Shown: piece after piece, positions 1 to 10,087 of the stretch | How positions within the stretch are numbered: the stretch's first letter is position 1 | How the letters are laid out: every line of letters starts with the position of its first letter | Source: Eubacteriales bacterium | GTDB lineage: Bacteria > Bacillota > Clostridia > Oscillospirales > QAMX01 | Direction: 5' to 3' | Assembly: GCA_045639125.1 (NCBI GenBank) | Contig: JAZUCL010000011.1 | Coordinates: forward strand, 58,720 to 122,719 | DNA: 64,000 nucleotides | The notes under the pieces: generated by a model | The model's input: the letters and a program-made list of their open reading frames with translations, nothing else | The model's database searches: none | Told to the model about the DNA's origin: nothing | Program-made: the position numbers and the translations under genes

Positions 1-729
1 TGCAATTATGATGGATTTTTAAATGGCGGTAGTTATACTGTTGAATTATTTGTTGAAACACAAAATAACGCAAAAATCATTTCCTCTCCCCTGCCGTTTT
101 CAGTTGCTTATACCTCTACGTTTTTAAGCAATGATTTTAAAGTAGAGACATTAAAAAACGAACCCGCAATTATGTTGGACTGGAGTGACGCTGTAGTTAT
201 AGCGGGCGTCTTAAAAGATGCGGATGACAACATAGTTAGTGTTCAGAATACGACCTTTAAAACAAATTATCCCGTGGAAAAACAATGCTCAATAAAAATT
301 CCTGATAAATCTAAGGTGGTATATGATTATAGTGCAAGTTTGAATTTAGATATAAGTGAGGATTCTTATATAGCATTTAGCACACAATTATTGTCTGACA
401 GCAAAACAATATTATTTTCTGCTGAAGGAAGCGACAAAAATTATGAGTTAAAACGTCAACTTTCGTATGATGCTGGCGAATTTGAATATTTTGTCGTTGG
501 GCGGAAAGGAGTTGTTGCGTCTGCAACATACAAGGTTAAAAACAGACCTTCTGAGTATGTTTGGTATAATATCCTTATGTCTCCGTTAATAAATTCTGAA
601 GATGATGAATATAGCGTTAGCTTTGAAGTCTTTGAGAGTAAGGTCGTTGATTATATTTATCCAAGAGAAGATTTATATCCAAAGGAAAGTTTTTATCCTG
701 TTTTTGGCAAATGGGTAAAGGAGGAATAA
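1..729 (+). CDS. Phage tail/structural protein, C-terminal part
   Basis: Frame of ORF 172..729 is open back to base 1; first gene of the tightly packed rightward tail cluster. Confidence 0.6.
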   Translation, partial: CNYDGFLNGGSYTVELFVETQNNAKIISSPLPFSVAYTSTFLSNDFKVETLKNEPAIMLDWSDAVVIAGVLKDADDNIVSVQNTTFKTNYPVEKQCSIKIPDKSKVVYDYSASLNLDISEDSYIAFSTQLLSDSKTILFSAEGSDKNYELKRQLSYDAGEFEYFVVGRKGVVASATYKVKNRPSEYVWYNILMSPLINSEDDEYSVSFEVFESKVVDYIYPREDLYPKESFYPVFGKWVKEE

Positions 730-733
730 TTGC

Positions 734-1789
734 ATGGGATATAACAAAATTATACTTGGTGGCAATCAAGTGTGTGACTTTTTGTACATAACGACATCGG
801 CAGACGACCAAATTCAATTCCAAGATATTGATAAAGAGCCAGATGGGTGGCATGACGGTACTATTATGTTGGCAAAATTTAATAAAGATAATATGTCTGC
901 GGGCAACTCTTCATTAACAGAAAATATTAATGGTTACGAAATTAGAAGGAGAACTGGGGACAATCCACATACAGAATATGTGGGAACAGTTAAAGAATAT
1001 TCAGATAACCCAAGCCCTAAAAAATATATTATCGACTATATGGTAAAAAACAACACGGATTACACTTATTATTTATATCCCTCCGCAACGCATTCTAATA
1101 ACGGCATTTTGCTTTCCCCTTCTGTTACAAGCGATGTAAAAACAGATTGGGGTTATTGGAGTTTGTTGGTTGTTGACGAATCCGAAGAGGAGAATGTGTT
1201 TTATCTCAATAAAATGTTTAAGTTTGAATTAAATATAACCACAAACCCGATGAGTAATAATGCGTCGGTTTCTGTATTGCAAAATTTTACAAAATACCCC
1301 ACTATTCAGTATGGTACTGCAAACTATTGGAGTGGTGGATTAAGTGCTTTGTGTGGCTATGTGTCTTGTGTTAATGGTGAGTATGTGCAAACTCCGGATA
1401 TGGTTGAAGAACTTAAGAAATTAACAAGCGACACAAGGCGTAAGTTCTTAAAAGATATTGAGGGCAACATATTGGAGGTTAAAATTACTTCCCCAATTAG
1501 TATAACAGCAAACGACAACCTGATTCAATCCGTAAAGACGGCTAAAATCTCTTGGACTGAAGTTGGAGAGATTTCAGGGATATCAATCATTAATAATCCT
1601 AACACCTCCGTAACGAACTGGAATCTTACAAAAACAGGCGAGGTCGTACCCTATATTGATGACGTATGGGATGATCACTCCAGTTGGAACAACTCATACA
1701 AGTGGACAGCAAAAGAAGACGTATTGCAAACTAAAGAATCTAATATGGGTAGAGAAATATATTACGTAGAAGGTGGTGTCAATGATTAA
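734..1789 (+). CDS. Phage tail-associated protein
   Basis: 351 aa; SD AAGGAGG at 719-725; position in the tail cluster. Confidence 0.6.
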   Translation: MGYNKIILGGNQVCDFLYITTSADDQIQFQDIDKEPDGWHDGTIMLAKFNKDNMSAGNSSLTENINGYEIRRRTGDNPHTEYVGTVKEYSDNPSPKKYIIDYMVKNNTDYTYYLYPSATHSNNGILLSPSVTSDVKTDWGYWSLLVVDESEEENVFYLNKMFKFELNITTNPMSNNASVSVLQNFTKYPTIQYGTANYWSGGLSALCGYVSCVNGEYVQTPDMVEELKKLTSDTRRKFLKDIEGNILEVKITSPISITANDNLIQSVKTAKISWTEVGEISGISIINNPNTSVTNWNLTKTGEVVPYIDDVWDDHSSWNNSYKWTAKEDVLQTKESNMGREIYYVEGGVND

Positions 1790-1891
1790 GACATGGGAAA
1801 CTAGTGCGAGCGGTGGCGATATATGCAGATAACTGGAATAACAACAGCATATATATACCGTTTTCCCGTTTGACGGAAAGGTAGTAATAAA

Positions 1892-3172
1892 ATGAGTTTT
1901 GACAGATATTTAAAGGTAATAAAAGAGGATTTTCGCCCGGCTATTAAAGTAGAATGGTTAAACCCCGATGAATCTGTAAATTTTGAATTTACAAATGCTC
2001 TATACAAAATTGATGTGGATTTAAGTGTTAATTACACCAATGGTAGTAGACGAAGTTGCACTTTAACCCTAAATAATGACAGAAATGTATTTCCCGTTGA
2101 TTTTGACAATATATGGATAGGTCAAAAGTTCAAACTTTGGATGGGGGTATATTTAGATGAAAAGACTCCTTATTATTTTCCACAAGGAGTCTTTTATGTT
2201 ACCAATCCAAGTGATACTTATAACCCAGACACAAGAACAGTTACAATAAATGGGGCAGACAAGTGGGTTTATCTGGATGGTACTCTATTCGGAATGTTGT
2301 CTGGCACTTATCAAACCAGCGTAGATGTTAACTTATATTCCGCGATAAGAGGACTTTTGAAATTATCAAGGTTTAAAGATGATTTCGGTGGAACAGACAA
2401 TAAAGAGGAAATGATAGATCCTATTCCCCCATTATTGTCTCCCGCTTTTATAAATAAAACAGCCAAAATGACAACAATAAATAAAGACACTGGTAAAACA
2501 CAAACGATAGAGAAGAGTGTTTTGGATTGCCCATATACGGCGGTTGTTGAAAGAGGCGGAACACTTGCAGATGTTTTGTTAGAATATGCCACTATTTTGT
2601 GTGCTAACATATATTACGACGCGAATGGTAGGCTTGTTTTAGAACCCATGATTGATACAGCCGAAGATATAACAGACACAAACAAAGAAATTCTTTGGCA
2701 TTATACTGTTGACGAGAAAACATTTTTAGGTCTTACGCAGAAACACGATTTTGAAAAAATTCATAATGACTTTATAGTATTAGGTAATATTGTGAACGGT
2801 TATCAATTTAAGGGCAGAGTCCAAAATCGCAACCCTTTAAGCAATACCTGCGTACAAAAAATAGGTTTGAGAACGAGGGAGCCATACGAAGATAACCAGT
2901 ATTACTCTGATGAACAGTGCATTGAATTAGCCAAATACTATGCGAAAACCGACACTGTACTGCAAAAGAGTGGAGATATTACGTCGGTAACGCTGTATCA
3001 TTTAGATGTCAACAAATTGGTGGCGGTATCTACGCCAAATAATAATATGTCAAAAGAGTTATTTTTGATTACAGGATTTTCTCTGTCTGCATCTGGGGAA
3101 ATGACATTGAATATTGCAAGCGTCAACATTCTACAAGATTTTAAGGTTGTGGAGGCACAAGTGTATGAATAA
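1892..3172 (+). CDS. Phage minor tail / baseplate hub-like protein
   Basis: 426 aa; motifs resemble siphophage hub proteins (RRSCTLTL, PQGVFY, YYDANGRLV, NDFIVLG). Confidence 0.6.
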   Translation: MSFDRYLKVIKEDFRPAIKVEWLNPDESVNFEFTNALYKIDVDLSVNYTNGSRRSCTLTLNNDRNVFPVDFDNIWIGQKFKLWMGVYLDEKTPYYFPQGVFYVTNPSDTYNPDTRTVTINGADKWVYLDGTLFGMLSGTYQTSVDVNLYSAIRGLLKLSRFKDDFGGTDNKEEMIDPIPPLLSPAFINKTAKMTTINKDTGKTQTIEKSVLDCPYTAVVERGGTLADVLLEYATILCANIYYDANGRLVLEPMIDTAEDITDTNKEILWHYTVDEKTFLGLTQKHDFEKIHNDFIVLGNIVNGYQFKGRVQNRNPLSNTCVQKIGLRTREPYEDNQYYSDEQCIELAKYYAKTDTVLQKSGDITSVTLYHLDVNKLVAVSTPNNNMSKELFLITGFSLSASGEMTLNIASVNILQDFKVVEAQVYE

Positions 3173-3443
3173 CAAGCAAGTTGAAGAATTTGTAAATATA
3201 CTATACCCTTTCTTTTTAAAAAAAATGAGAAATGACGGGTATTTTAAGAATAATGTAAAAATGAAGAATGCAACTGTTGTTAAGTCAGCAGAAATAGAAG
3301 AAGATGTTGAAGTAAGATTGCCTTATGATACAACTTCTTTTTTTGTTCGTAATGAAACAGGCAAAACGTTAAAGGAAGGCGATTTAGTTTGTATTATGTA
3401 TTGGGTTGATTTAAAAAATGCGGTTGCAATATTTAAGGTTTAA
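3165..3443 (+). CDS. Small phage tail protein
   Basis: ATG at 3165 with GGAGG SD, overlapping the upstream stop; in frame with track ORF 3114..3443. Confidence 0.55.
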   Translation: MNNKQVEEFVNILYPFFLKKMRNDGYFKNNVKMKNATVVKSAEIEEDVEVRLPYDTTSFFVRNETGKTLKEGDLVCIMYWVDLKNAVAIFKV

Positions 3444-3460
3444 TAGGAGGAATATATATT

Positions 3461-3886
3461 ATGGCTTATGAAAAGAAAGTTTGGTATAACGACGGCATAT
3501 TACCCGACGATGCACCCGAAGGAACTGTCGCTCCTCATTTAGATGCCGAAAATATGAATCGAATTGAAGAGGGAATTGAAGAGGCTTTGAGTTCTGTGAG
3601 TGCCCATACTCATTCAAAAGACGATGTTGGTCTTAGTGATGTTGACAACACTTCAGATGCAAATAAACCCGTATCAGATGCACAAAAAACCGCAATAGCA
3701 GATGCAAAGAAAGCAGGAACAGACGCACAAAGCAATTTGAATACTCATACATCAAACAAGTCAAACCCACATAAAGTAACTATTTCTCAGATAGGAGCTG
3801 CACCAGCTTATGGTTATGGCACAGAAGACCTTAAAGCAGGAACGAGCAATTTAGGAACTGGCAAACTCTACTTTGTCTACGAGTAA
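3461..3886 (+). CDS. Tail fibre adaptor/proximal protein
   Basis: N-terminal MAYEKKVW...LDAENMNRIEEGI; phage tail repeat VGLSDVDNTSDANKPVS; C-terminal GKLYFVYE. Confidence 0.7.
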   Translation: MAYEKKVWYNDGILPDDAPEGTVAPHLDAENMNRIEEGIEEALSSVSAHTHSKDDVGLSDVDNTSDANKPVSDAQKTAIADAKKAGTDAQSNLNTHTSNKSNPHKVTISQIGAAPAYGYGTEDLKAGTSNLGTGKLYFVYE

Positions 3887-3898
3887 GGTGGTGCTTAT

Positions 3899-5041
3899 AT
3901 GAGCAAAGGAGTTTACATAGGTGTAGTCAATAAAGCGAGAAAGGTAAACAAAATATATGTTGGTGTAAATGGTATTGCTAGAAGAATTAAGAAGGCGTAT
4001 ATCGGTATAGGCGGTATTGCCAGACCATGTTTAAATAGTGATTTGGTGTATTATGGAACTACCGAAACGCCTTTAAGTTCGGGTAGGTTTAATTTAGCCG
4101 CAACAACAGTTGGAAATTATGCTTTGTTTGGCGGTGGTGAGTGGGCTGGTAGCAGCTTGTCAAATGCGACAGATGCCTATAACACATCTTTAACAAAAGA
4201 GGCTAATGTGCCATCTCTAGTTTCACAAAGAAGTATCTTAGCAGCAATAACGATTGGTGATTATGCATTATTTGCTGGCGGAAATGAAGGTGGAGGTACG
4301 TCTTCAACCATAGTAGATGTTTACTACTCATCTTTAACAAAAGAAAGAATATTTTTAACCTATTCAAGATACGGTTTAGCAGCAACAACGATTGAGGGTT
4401 ATGCATTATTTGGTGGTGGTAGTAGTCATGGAGATGTTAGTGGATATTCAAATGCAGTAGAAGCCTATAATGAATCTCTAACGAAATTCGAGTTTTTGCA
4501 ACCTTTATCAGAAAAAAGAACAGGTTTAGCCGCAACAACAGTTGGAGTGCGGGCTTTGTTTGGCGGTGGTTTCAATGGAGGTTATTCAAGCACGGTAGAT
4601 GTTTATGATGCATCTTTAACGCTATCAGCAGCAGAGTCTTTAACTACACCAAGATACGGCTTGGCTGCAGTAACAGTTGGTGATTATGCATTATTTGCTG
4701 GCGGAAATGAAGGTAGTGAATATTCAGACGAAATATGTGTTTACGACCCATCTTCAACGAAAATAGAAACTTCGCCGCCAAGCTTAAGTTTAGGTAGACT
4801 GGGTTTAGCAGCAACAACGATTGAGGGTTATGCATTATTTGGTGGCGGTTGTAGTGGTAGTAGTAACAAAGCCAGTTTTTCAAGCACGGTAGATGTTTAT
4901 GATGCATCATTAACAAGAATCGTCGCAACATCTTTAGCTATACCAAGAGAATATTTAGCCGCAACAACAGTTGGAAATTATGCTTTGTTTGGCGGTGGTA
5001 GGGGTGGTAATACAAATATAGTAGATGTTTATACAAACTAA
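3899..5041 (+). CDS. Putative receptor-binding protein with seven Kelch-like repeats
   Basis: Basic N-terminal (YIGV..ARK)x3 attachment segment, then 7 copies of R..LAATT[VI]G.YALFGGG...VDVY. Confidence 0.75.
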   Translation: MSKGVYIGVVNKARKVNKIYVGVNGIARRIKKAYIGIGGIARPCLNSDLVYYGTTETPLSSGRFNLAATTVGNYALFGGGEWAGSSLSNATDAYNTSLTKEANVPSLVSQRSILAAITIGDYALFAGGNEGGGTSSTIVDVYYSSLTKERIFLTYSRYGLAATTIEGYALFGGGSSHGDVSGYSNAVEAYNESLTKFEFLQPLSEKRTGLAATTVGVRALFGGGFNGGYSSTVDVYDASLTLSAAESLTTPRYGLAAVTVGDYALFAGGNEGSEYSDEICVYDPSSTKIETSPPSLSLGRLGLAATTIEGYALFGGGCSGSSNKASFSSTVDVYDASLTRIVATSLAIPREYLAATTVGNYALFGGGRGGNTNIVDVYTN

Positions 5042-5054
5042 AAAGGGGTAAATT

Positions 5055-5453
5055 ATGAAAAGATATAAAATTTGGAATAAAAAAGATAATATATTAACGC
5101 CTATAGGCGAGGTTTTAACACCTGAACAATGGATAGAACGCTATCCGATTGCGGGAATCGAAAGCGTTGCGGTAGTGTGTGCAAACGGCGAAATTAACGG
5201 AGCGTTTTTTGGAACGCTGGGTTCGATGGTAGAAACATACGAAAGACAAGATGTTGATTTTTCAACCTGTATTACCGATGAAGATAAACTTGCTAAGATT
5301 GAAGCGTTTATCGATGAAAGGGAAAAGAGGCAGACGGAAGCATCTGCAAATAGTATTGCAAACGAAGAACTTACAGCGACATCTCTTGCGAGTATAGCCG
5401 CAAGTATGGAGTACCAAAATATGCTTACTTTGGAAGACACGGAGGTAGAATAA
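5055..5453 (+). CDS. Tail-fibre associated protein (chaperone-like)
   Basis: Lies between the RBP and an XkdX gene; SD present. Confidence 0.5.
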   Translation: MKRYKIWNKKDNILTPIGEVLTPEQWIERYPIAGIESVAVVCANGEINGAFFGTLGSMVETYERQDVDFSTCITDEDKLAKIEAFIDEREKRQTEASANSIANEELTATSLASIAASMEYQNMLTLEDTEVE

Positions 5454-5454
5454 T

Positions 5455-5583
5455 ATGAGTTTTGAGAGAATTAAATATTATTATAACGCAGGGCTTTGGA
5501 GTAAACCTATGGTGAAGATGGCTGTAAAGAAGGGCATTATAACCAAGGAACAGTATAAGGAAATTACAGACGAAAATTATTAA
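5455..5583 (+). CDS. XkdX-family small phage protein
   Basis: Not in the ORF track: MSFERIKYYYNAGLWSKPMVKMAVKKGIITKEQYKEITDENY, with GGAGG SD. Confidence 0.85.
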   Translation: MSFERIKYYYNAGLWSKPMVKMAVKKGIITKEQYKEITDENY

Positions 5584-5602
5584 TAACAAATATGGTTGCA
5601 AG

Positions 5603-5642
5603 AAAAATAGGGATAATCTTTTATAGATTATCCCTATTTTTT
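5603..5642. terminator. Bidirectional intrinsic terminator between late and early arms
   Basis: AAAAATAGGGATAATCT / AGATTATCCCTATTTTT inverted repeat with A and T tracts. Confidence 0.9.
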
Positions 5643-5659
5643 ACAATTTTCATTATTGT

Positions 5660-6094
5660 TCACTTAACTCCTGTACTACCAAATCCGCCCCGATCTGTGT
5701 TATCGAGTTCGTCAACTTCTTCAAACCTTACCTCTGGCATTTTTTCTACAATTCTAAACTGACAAATTCTGTCGTTTACGTTTATTGTGGTGTCTCTATG
5801 TGCAAGAGCAGGAAACTTCCAAATATCATTTGTTCCCGAATATGAGTTATCTACAATTCCACAATGGTTTGTCTGAGTTATTCCAAAGTTTTTAAAAGTA
5901 GAACTTCTCGGCACAATATGGGCTTCATATCCTTCGGGCAATTTCATAGAAACGCCAAGAGAAATAAGTTTAAACTCCTCTGCTCTTAATGTGACTGTTT
6001 CAGCCGATCTCAAATCTATCCAGTCGCCCTCATTGATTTTTTTAATCTTGTCTATATTCGGATTGTGGTATTTAATCTTAATTGTTTTAGCCAT
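5660..6094 (-). CDS. dut: Trimeric dUTPase
   Basis: [29 protein letters not shown] motifs. Confidence 0.95.
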   Translation of the reverse strand: MAKTIKIKYHNPNIDKIKKINEGDWIDLRSAETVTLRAEEFKLISLGVSMKLPEGYEAHIVPRSSTFKNFGITQTNHCGIVDNSYSGTNDIWKFPALAHRDTTINVNDRICQFRIVEKMPEVRFEEVDELDNTDRGGFGSTGVK

Positions 6095-6269
6095 TGTTTG
6101 TCTCCTTTAACTGTTCGTTGAGTTTCTTGATTGTTATTGCTTTGCCGTCGAGTTTGAATTTATACCCCGCCTTAGACATTAAATTTAAGGTGTCTTTGTC
6201 ATAAATACAAGACGGGCTTGTTGTGCTCATTACAACCTTATTTTTGTCGTTTACTACTTCAAATTTCAT
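6087..6269 (-). CDS. Phage hypothetical protein
   Basis: 60 aa; translationally coupled to both neighbours. Confidence 0.6.
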   Translation of the reverse strand: MKFEVVNDKNKVVMSTTSPSCIYDKDTLNLMSKAGYKFKLDGKAITIKKLNEQLKETNNG

Positions 6270-6454
6270 TATTCCTTAACTTTGTAGAAGAGACCACAAT
6301 GACACTCTCCACTCTCCTGTTCTCTGAATTCCTTACAAGGACATTTTGTGTCTTCACTCTGCTCTAAACGGCAGGGGCAAAACCCAGCGTTTTCTTTAAG
6401 TTTTGCCTTAATGCTTGCTACCAATTCTTTGTTTTCCGATACTTTAATTCCCAT
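6269..6454 (-). CDS. Ferredoxin:thioredoxin reductase catalytic-subunit-like protein
   Basis: CPC...CPC...CHC signature. Confidence 0.85.
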   Translation of the reverse strand: MGIKVSENKELVASIKAKLKENAGFCPCRLEQSEDTKCPCKEFREQESGECHCGLFYKVKE

Positions 6455-6455
6455 A

Positions 6456-6929
6456 TCAACTTATCCTCTCTGCATGCTGGTTATCGCTTGCTAACCAAAC
6501 TCCTAAAGTGTCATCATAATGTTTTTCGTGTCCCGGAAGATATCTACCGAATTTCACTATGATATTAGGACATCTCTTTAGAATGTCGATTTTATCTGTA
6601 ATTTCTTCCTTATAATACCCTGTATATACTACAACTGTATCTTGTGACTTTTCTCTGAATCTCTTTATGAACAACATTAAATCTTCCCAAGAATCCATCG
6701 GTTCAAGTCCACCACAGACCACTGCTGTTGTCAATTTATTATTAAGGTATCTATTTATAATCTCATCTACAGAAACCTCAATATTTTTTGCAGTGGCGAG
6801 TACGCCATTTTGACATACTCGCATACCACATTCTTTTTCACATTTCCAACTACATCTTGGAAAGCCTATTAGCATAGATGGCTTATTGTAATTAGAAAAA
6901 TCTTCATCAACTATTGCTTTAATTATCAT
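6456..6929 (-). CDS. nrdG: Class III RNR activase (radical SAM)
   Basis: CxxxC..C cluster, GGLEP and YTGY motifs; directly follows nrdD. Confidence 0.85.
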   Translation of the reverse strand: MIIKAIVDEDFSNYNKPSMLIGFPRCSWKCEKECGMRVCQNGVLATAKNIEVSVDEIINRYLNNKLTTAVVCGGLEPMDSWEDLMLFIKRFREKSQDTVVVYTGYYKEEITDKIDILKRCPNIIVKFGRYLPGHEKHYDDTLGVWLASDNQHAERIS

Positions 6930-8691
6930 TGGAACTCAACTGCTTTCTGTCTTTAAACTCGGCAGCCTTTCCTCTATTGTAGTTATCCACACAACGAAGA
7001 TAGCCAGTGATTCTCTGGAACATTTTTAGACGTTTTTTGCAAATTGGGCATTTATCAACAACCTCTTCAATATATCCATGTTCATCACAAAAACGTGAAA
7101 TCGGCGACAAGCTCATGTAAGGAACGGAATAATTTTCAAACATCGATTTGACAATACTCTTTGCTTGTTCGCCTGAAACTCGTCCCTCAAGCATCAGATG
7201 AATTACTGTACCGCCTGTAAATTGAGACTGTAATTCTTCTTGGTGCTTAAATGTAGCATCAATACCTTCAATCATTTTAACAGGGATATGACAACTGTTG
7301 GTATAGTAGCAATCTTTTCCACTGCCCTGTGTTATGATATCGGGGTATTCTTTAAGGTCATTAAGTGCAAGTCGGTAGGATGTCGATTCAGCAGGTGTAG
7401 CTTCGTAATTAAACAGATTTCCCGTCTCTTCTTGAAACTCTACAAGTTTTTCTCTGATGTGTTTTCCCACCTCTTCGGCAAACAGTTTCCCTTTTTCAGA
7501 TACAATATTTGAATTATCATCAAAGAAATTCTGACACATTTCATTCATACCTACGATACCTATTGTAGAGAAGTGATTATTCATAGTGCCGACATATTCT
7601 ATGTAAGCAGGAATCGCATTTGTATCTATGATGTTCTCCTGAATCCACTTTCGCTTAATTACCAAACTCTCTTTTGCAATGTTTAGATAGTGGTCTAATA
7701 CCTTATAGAACTTCTGTTTATTCATTTTGTTCTCATAGGCAATACGTGGTAGATTAATTGTTACAACGCCGATAGATCCTGTACTATCACCGCTACCAAA
7801 CAAACCGCCATTACGTTTGCGGAGTTCAGTTAAGTCAAGTCTTAAGCGGCAACACATACTTCTTGCATCTTCCGGATTCATATCGCTATTGATATAATTT
7901 GCAAAATATGGTGTACCAAATTTGCCTGTCAGTTCCCACAAAAGTTTATTGTTAGGATTATCCCAATCGAATCTTTTGTGTATGTTGTATGTAGGAATTG
8001 GGTACGAGAATAATTTGCCAACAGAGTCGCCTTCTAACATAATCTCAAAAAATGCCTTATTAAGCATGTCCATTTCCTTCTGACAAGAACGATATGTGAA
8101 ACTTTCGAGTTCTCCTCCTATAATAACATATTCATCCAGCAAGTCTTCAGGAGGAGTTAAGTCAAGTGTAATATTGCTAAATGCGGGTTCTGCACCCATT
8201 CTACTGTTTGAATTTACACTGTAAATATAATTCTGCATCGACTGCTTAACTTCGGTATATGTCAGTCTGTCATTTTTAATAAATGGTGCTAACAGTGTAT
8301 CAAAACTGTTAAGAGCAACAGCGCCCATTATTTCATTTTGAAATACCGTTAACAGATTGGCTATCTGATTTAACACGCTGTCAAAATGTTTTGCAGGTGA
8401 CGATGTAGGGATATTACCAATACCCTTTACACCTTTTAACAAAATATCTTTAAGCGAATACCCACAACAATACAAGGTTAGTCCACCCAAATCATGAAGA
8501 TGCATATAATTTTTAACATATGCCTGAGCAATGTTTTCGGGATATACTTCTCTGAGCCAATAATCTTTGCTCACTTCTCCAATGATGTACTTTCCAAGTC
8601 CACCATAACTAAACGGATTACTAGAGCTTTCTTTTACTCTCCAATCTTTTTGCTTTAAATACTCTTCTACAATGCTTTTGCTACTTTTCAA
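6919..8691 (-). CDS. nrdD: Anaerobic (class III) ribonucleoside-triphosphate reductase, no ATP cone
   Basis: HLHDL, SMCCRL, TPAES, YYTNS, Zn-ribbon Cys pairs and glycyl loop RITGYL. Confidence 0.95.
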   Translation of the reverse strand: MKSSKSIVEEYLKQKDWRVKESSSNPFSYGGLGKYIIGEVSKDYWLREVYPENIAQAYVKNYMHLHDLGGLTLYCCGYSLKDILLKGVKGIGNIPTSSPAKHFDSVLNQIANLLTVFQNEIMGAVALNSFDTLLAPFIKNDRLTYTEVKQSMQNYIYSVNSNSRMGAEPAFSNITLDLTPPEDLLDEYVIIGGELESFTYRSCQKEMDMLNKAFFEIMLEGDSVGKLFSYPIPTYNIHKRFDWDNPNNKLLWELTGKFGTPYFANYINSDMNPEDARSMCCRLRLDLTELRKRNGGLFGSGDSTGSIGVVTINLPRIAYENKMNKQKFYKVLDHYLNIAKESLVIKRKWIQENIIDTNAIPAYIEYVGTMNNHFSTIGIVGMNEMCQNFFDDNSNIVSEKGKLFAEEVGKHIREKLVEFQEETGNLFNYEATPAESTSYRLALNDLKEYPDIITQGSGKDCYYTNSCHIPVKMIEGIDATFKHQEELQSQFTGGTVIHLMLEGRVSGEQAKSIVKSMFENYSVPYMSLSPISRFCDEHGYIEEVVDKCPICKKRLKMFQRITGYLRCVDNYNRGKAAEFKDRKQLSSNDN

Positions 8692-8707
8692 TAATTTGTC
8701 CTCCTAT

Positions 8708-8914
8708 TTACTGATTGTTTACCCATTGAATTGCTGTTTTATAGTTCATTACCACTCCGCCGACATCAAGTATCGGAAACGCTGAATCGCCCAACCCTTT
8801 TGCGATAATTGTCTCCTTGTCTGAAACCTTTAAAAACTTAATGTTTTTGGCTTTAAGCTTTCTCTCTAAAACAAGACAATTAGGACAGTCTATTGTGTAC
8901 AACACAACACTCAT
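8708..8914 (-). CDS. Glutaredoxin/NrdH-like protein
   Basis: LYT..CPNC and cis-Pro FP motif; 68 aa, upstream of nrdD. Confidence 0.85.
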   Translation of the reverse strand: MSVVLYTIDCPNCLVLERKLKAKNIKFLKVSDKETIIAKGLGDSAFPILDVGGVVMNYKTAIQWVNNQ

Positions 8915-8984
8915 ATTGCTTTACCTCCTTATTTTTGTAAAGAATAGCGAGAGCATTATGCTTCTCGCTTACTCTCTCATTATA

Positions 8985-9077
8985 TTATTCTCCACTATTG
9001 TCATCTTTTGACACAAAAACATACATAAAAGCAGTCGTAAAAAGTGCGCCAAACATCATTGCTAATATATGACCCAC
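8985..9077 (-). CDS. Small membrane protein (30 aa)
   Basis: GTG start after AGGAG: MGHILAMMFGALFTTAFMYVFVSKDDNSGE. Confidence 0.45.
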   Translation of the reverse strand: MGHILAMMFGALFTTAFMYVFVSKDDNSGE

Positions 9078-9087
9078 ACTCTTTCTC

Positions 9088-9525
9088 CTATCTTAAATAA
9101 AAATCCTTAACGTAATCAAGCATTTTGTCAATGTTGTCAAATATTCTTTCTGCCATACATTTTAACCACGGATGCAACTCTCCGTTATCTTCATTTAAAG
9201 CAATGACCGGGATACCTCTATCGTATGCAATGGCAACTTCGGAAGTTGTACCCAAAGATTTCTTGTCGTTGTAGTTAACAATTACCAAGTCCGATTTTTT
9301 TAGATTATACAAGTCGAAACGCATAACCTCTGTTTCTGAGGAATATTCTGGTGTATCAGACTTAAACGAGAAATACATATTGGGGTTGAAGGTTTTAACT
9401 CTATATGTACATTCGCAGTTTTCTAATGCTTGTCTACAATACTCTCTCCATTTATTGCCTTCGTCAAAATTATCTTTGCCGAACTTCATCATTCCGCCCG
9501 ATAAATAAATTGTAAAATCTCTCAT
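9088..9525 (-). CDS. Nucleoside 2-deoxyribosyltransferase / nucleotide N-hydrolase family protein
   Basis: IYLSGGM, DL...SDLVIV, SLGTTSE motifs. Confidence 0.8.
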   Translation of the reverse strand: MRDFTIYLSGGMMKFGKDNFDEGNKWREYCRQALENCECTYRVKTFNPNMYFSFKSDTPEYSSETEVMRFDLYNLKKSDLVIVNYNDKKSLGTTSEVAIAYDRGIPVIALNEDNGELHPWLKCMAERIFDNIDKMLDYVKDFYLR

Positions 9526-9535
9526 AAACTCCTCC

Positions 9536-10087
9536 TTAGAGATAGCTACAAATTAAAATGTGCGGTTTCTCACCGCCCCCTACCTCATTCCAACAGATAA
9601 TTTCTCTAACAAATAATTTTGCCATTTTATCCAACTGTTCTAAAGTGCCATTATTTTCAATTATGTAGTCATATTCATAATCTTCTACGTTTGCGTCTGC
9701 GTGATTACCTTGAATCTTCTCGACGTTAGGATTTCTGATTAAGATAGTTTCGGCTCCAAATGTTTCTACTGCACGAGCAATATCTTTTGGGTCTCGCATA
9801 TCTATGAATAGAAGCTCATCTTCAATCAGATTGTTTTTAAAGTCAGTCACAACAGACAAAACATCTCTGAACGGGCTGTCATTATATTCTGTTGACAAAT
9901 CCATAATATCACTAAGGAACTTCCTATCCTTTTCGGTTTTGCCACCGTCCCATCCTAACACTTTGGCTGCTTCTTTTGGCAGGTCTACGATTGAGTATTT
10001 ATGAGTTGAGATATATTTGCCTACGAATTCTGCAAAAGTTCCTTTGCCTGATGTACCCACACCATTAAGTATAAAAACTTTCTTCAA
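9536..10087 (-). CDS. P-loop dNMP kinase-like protein
   Basis: N-terminal GVGTSGKGT, D.R.P and YDYIIENNGTLEQL. Confidence 0.75.
   Translation of the reverse strand: MKKVFILNGVGTSGKGTFAEFVGKYISTHKYSIVDLPKEAAKVLGWDGGKTEKDRKFLSDIMDLSTEYNDSPFRDVLSVVTDFKNNLIEDELLFIDMRDPKDIARAVETFGAETILIRNPNVEKIQGNHADANVEDYEYDYIIENNGTLEQLDKMAKLFVREIICWNEVGGGEKPHILICSYL

Noticed and set aside
1823-1891. Possible TGA read-through from an in-frame upstream ATG into the 426-aa tail gene, with a hairpin around the TGA
   Set aside because: ATG at 1892 has its own SD-like GAAAGG; no independent support for recoding.
3899-5041. Diversity-generating retroelement targeting the RBP
   Set aside because: Repeats are internal coding blades without adenine-specific differences, and there is no reverse transcriptase or template repeat in the window.
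5055-5660. Lysis cassette after the tail fibre genes
   Set aside because: No holin or endolysin signature; the terminator follows XkdX directly, so lysis genes presumably lie outside the window.
6919-8691. Intron or intein in nrdD
   Set aside because: ORF is continuous, compact and has all motifs at normal spacing.
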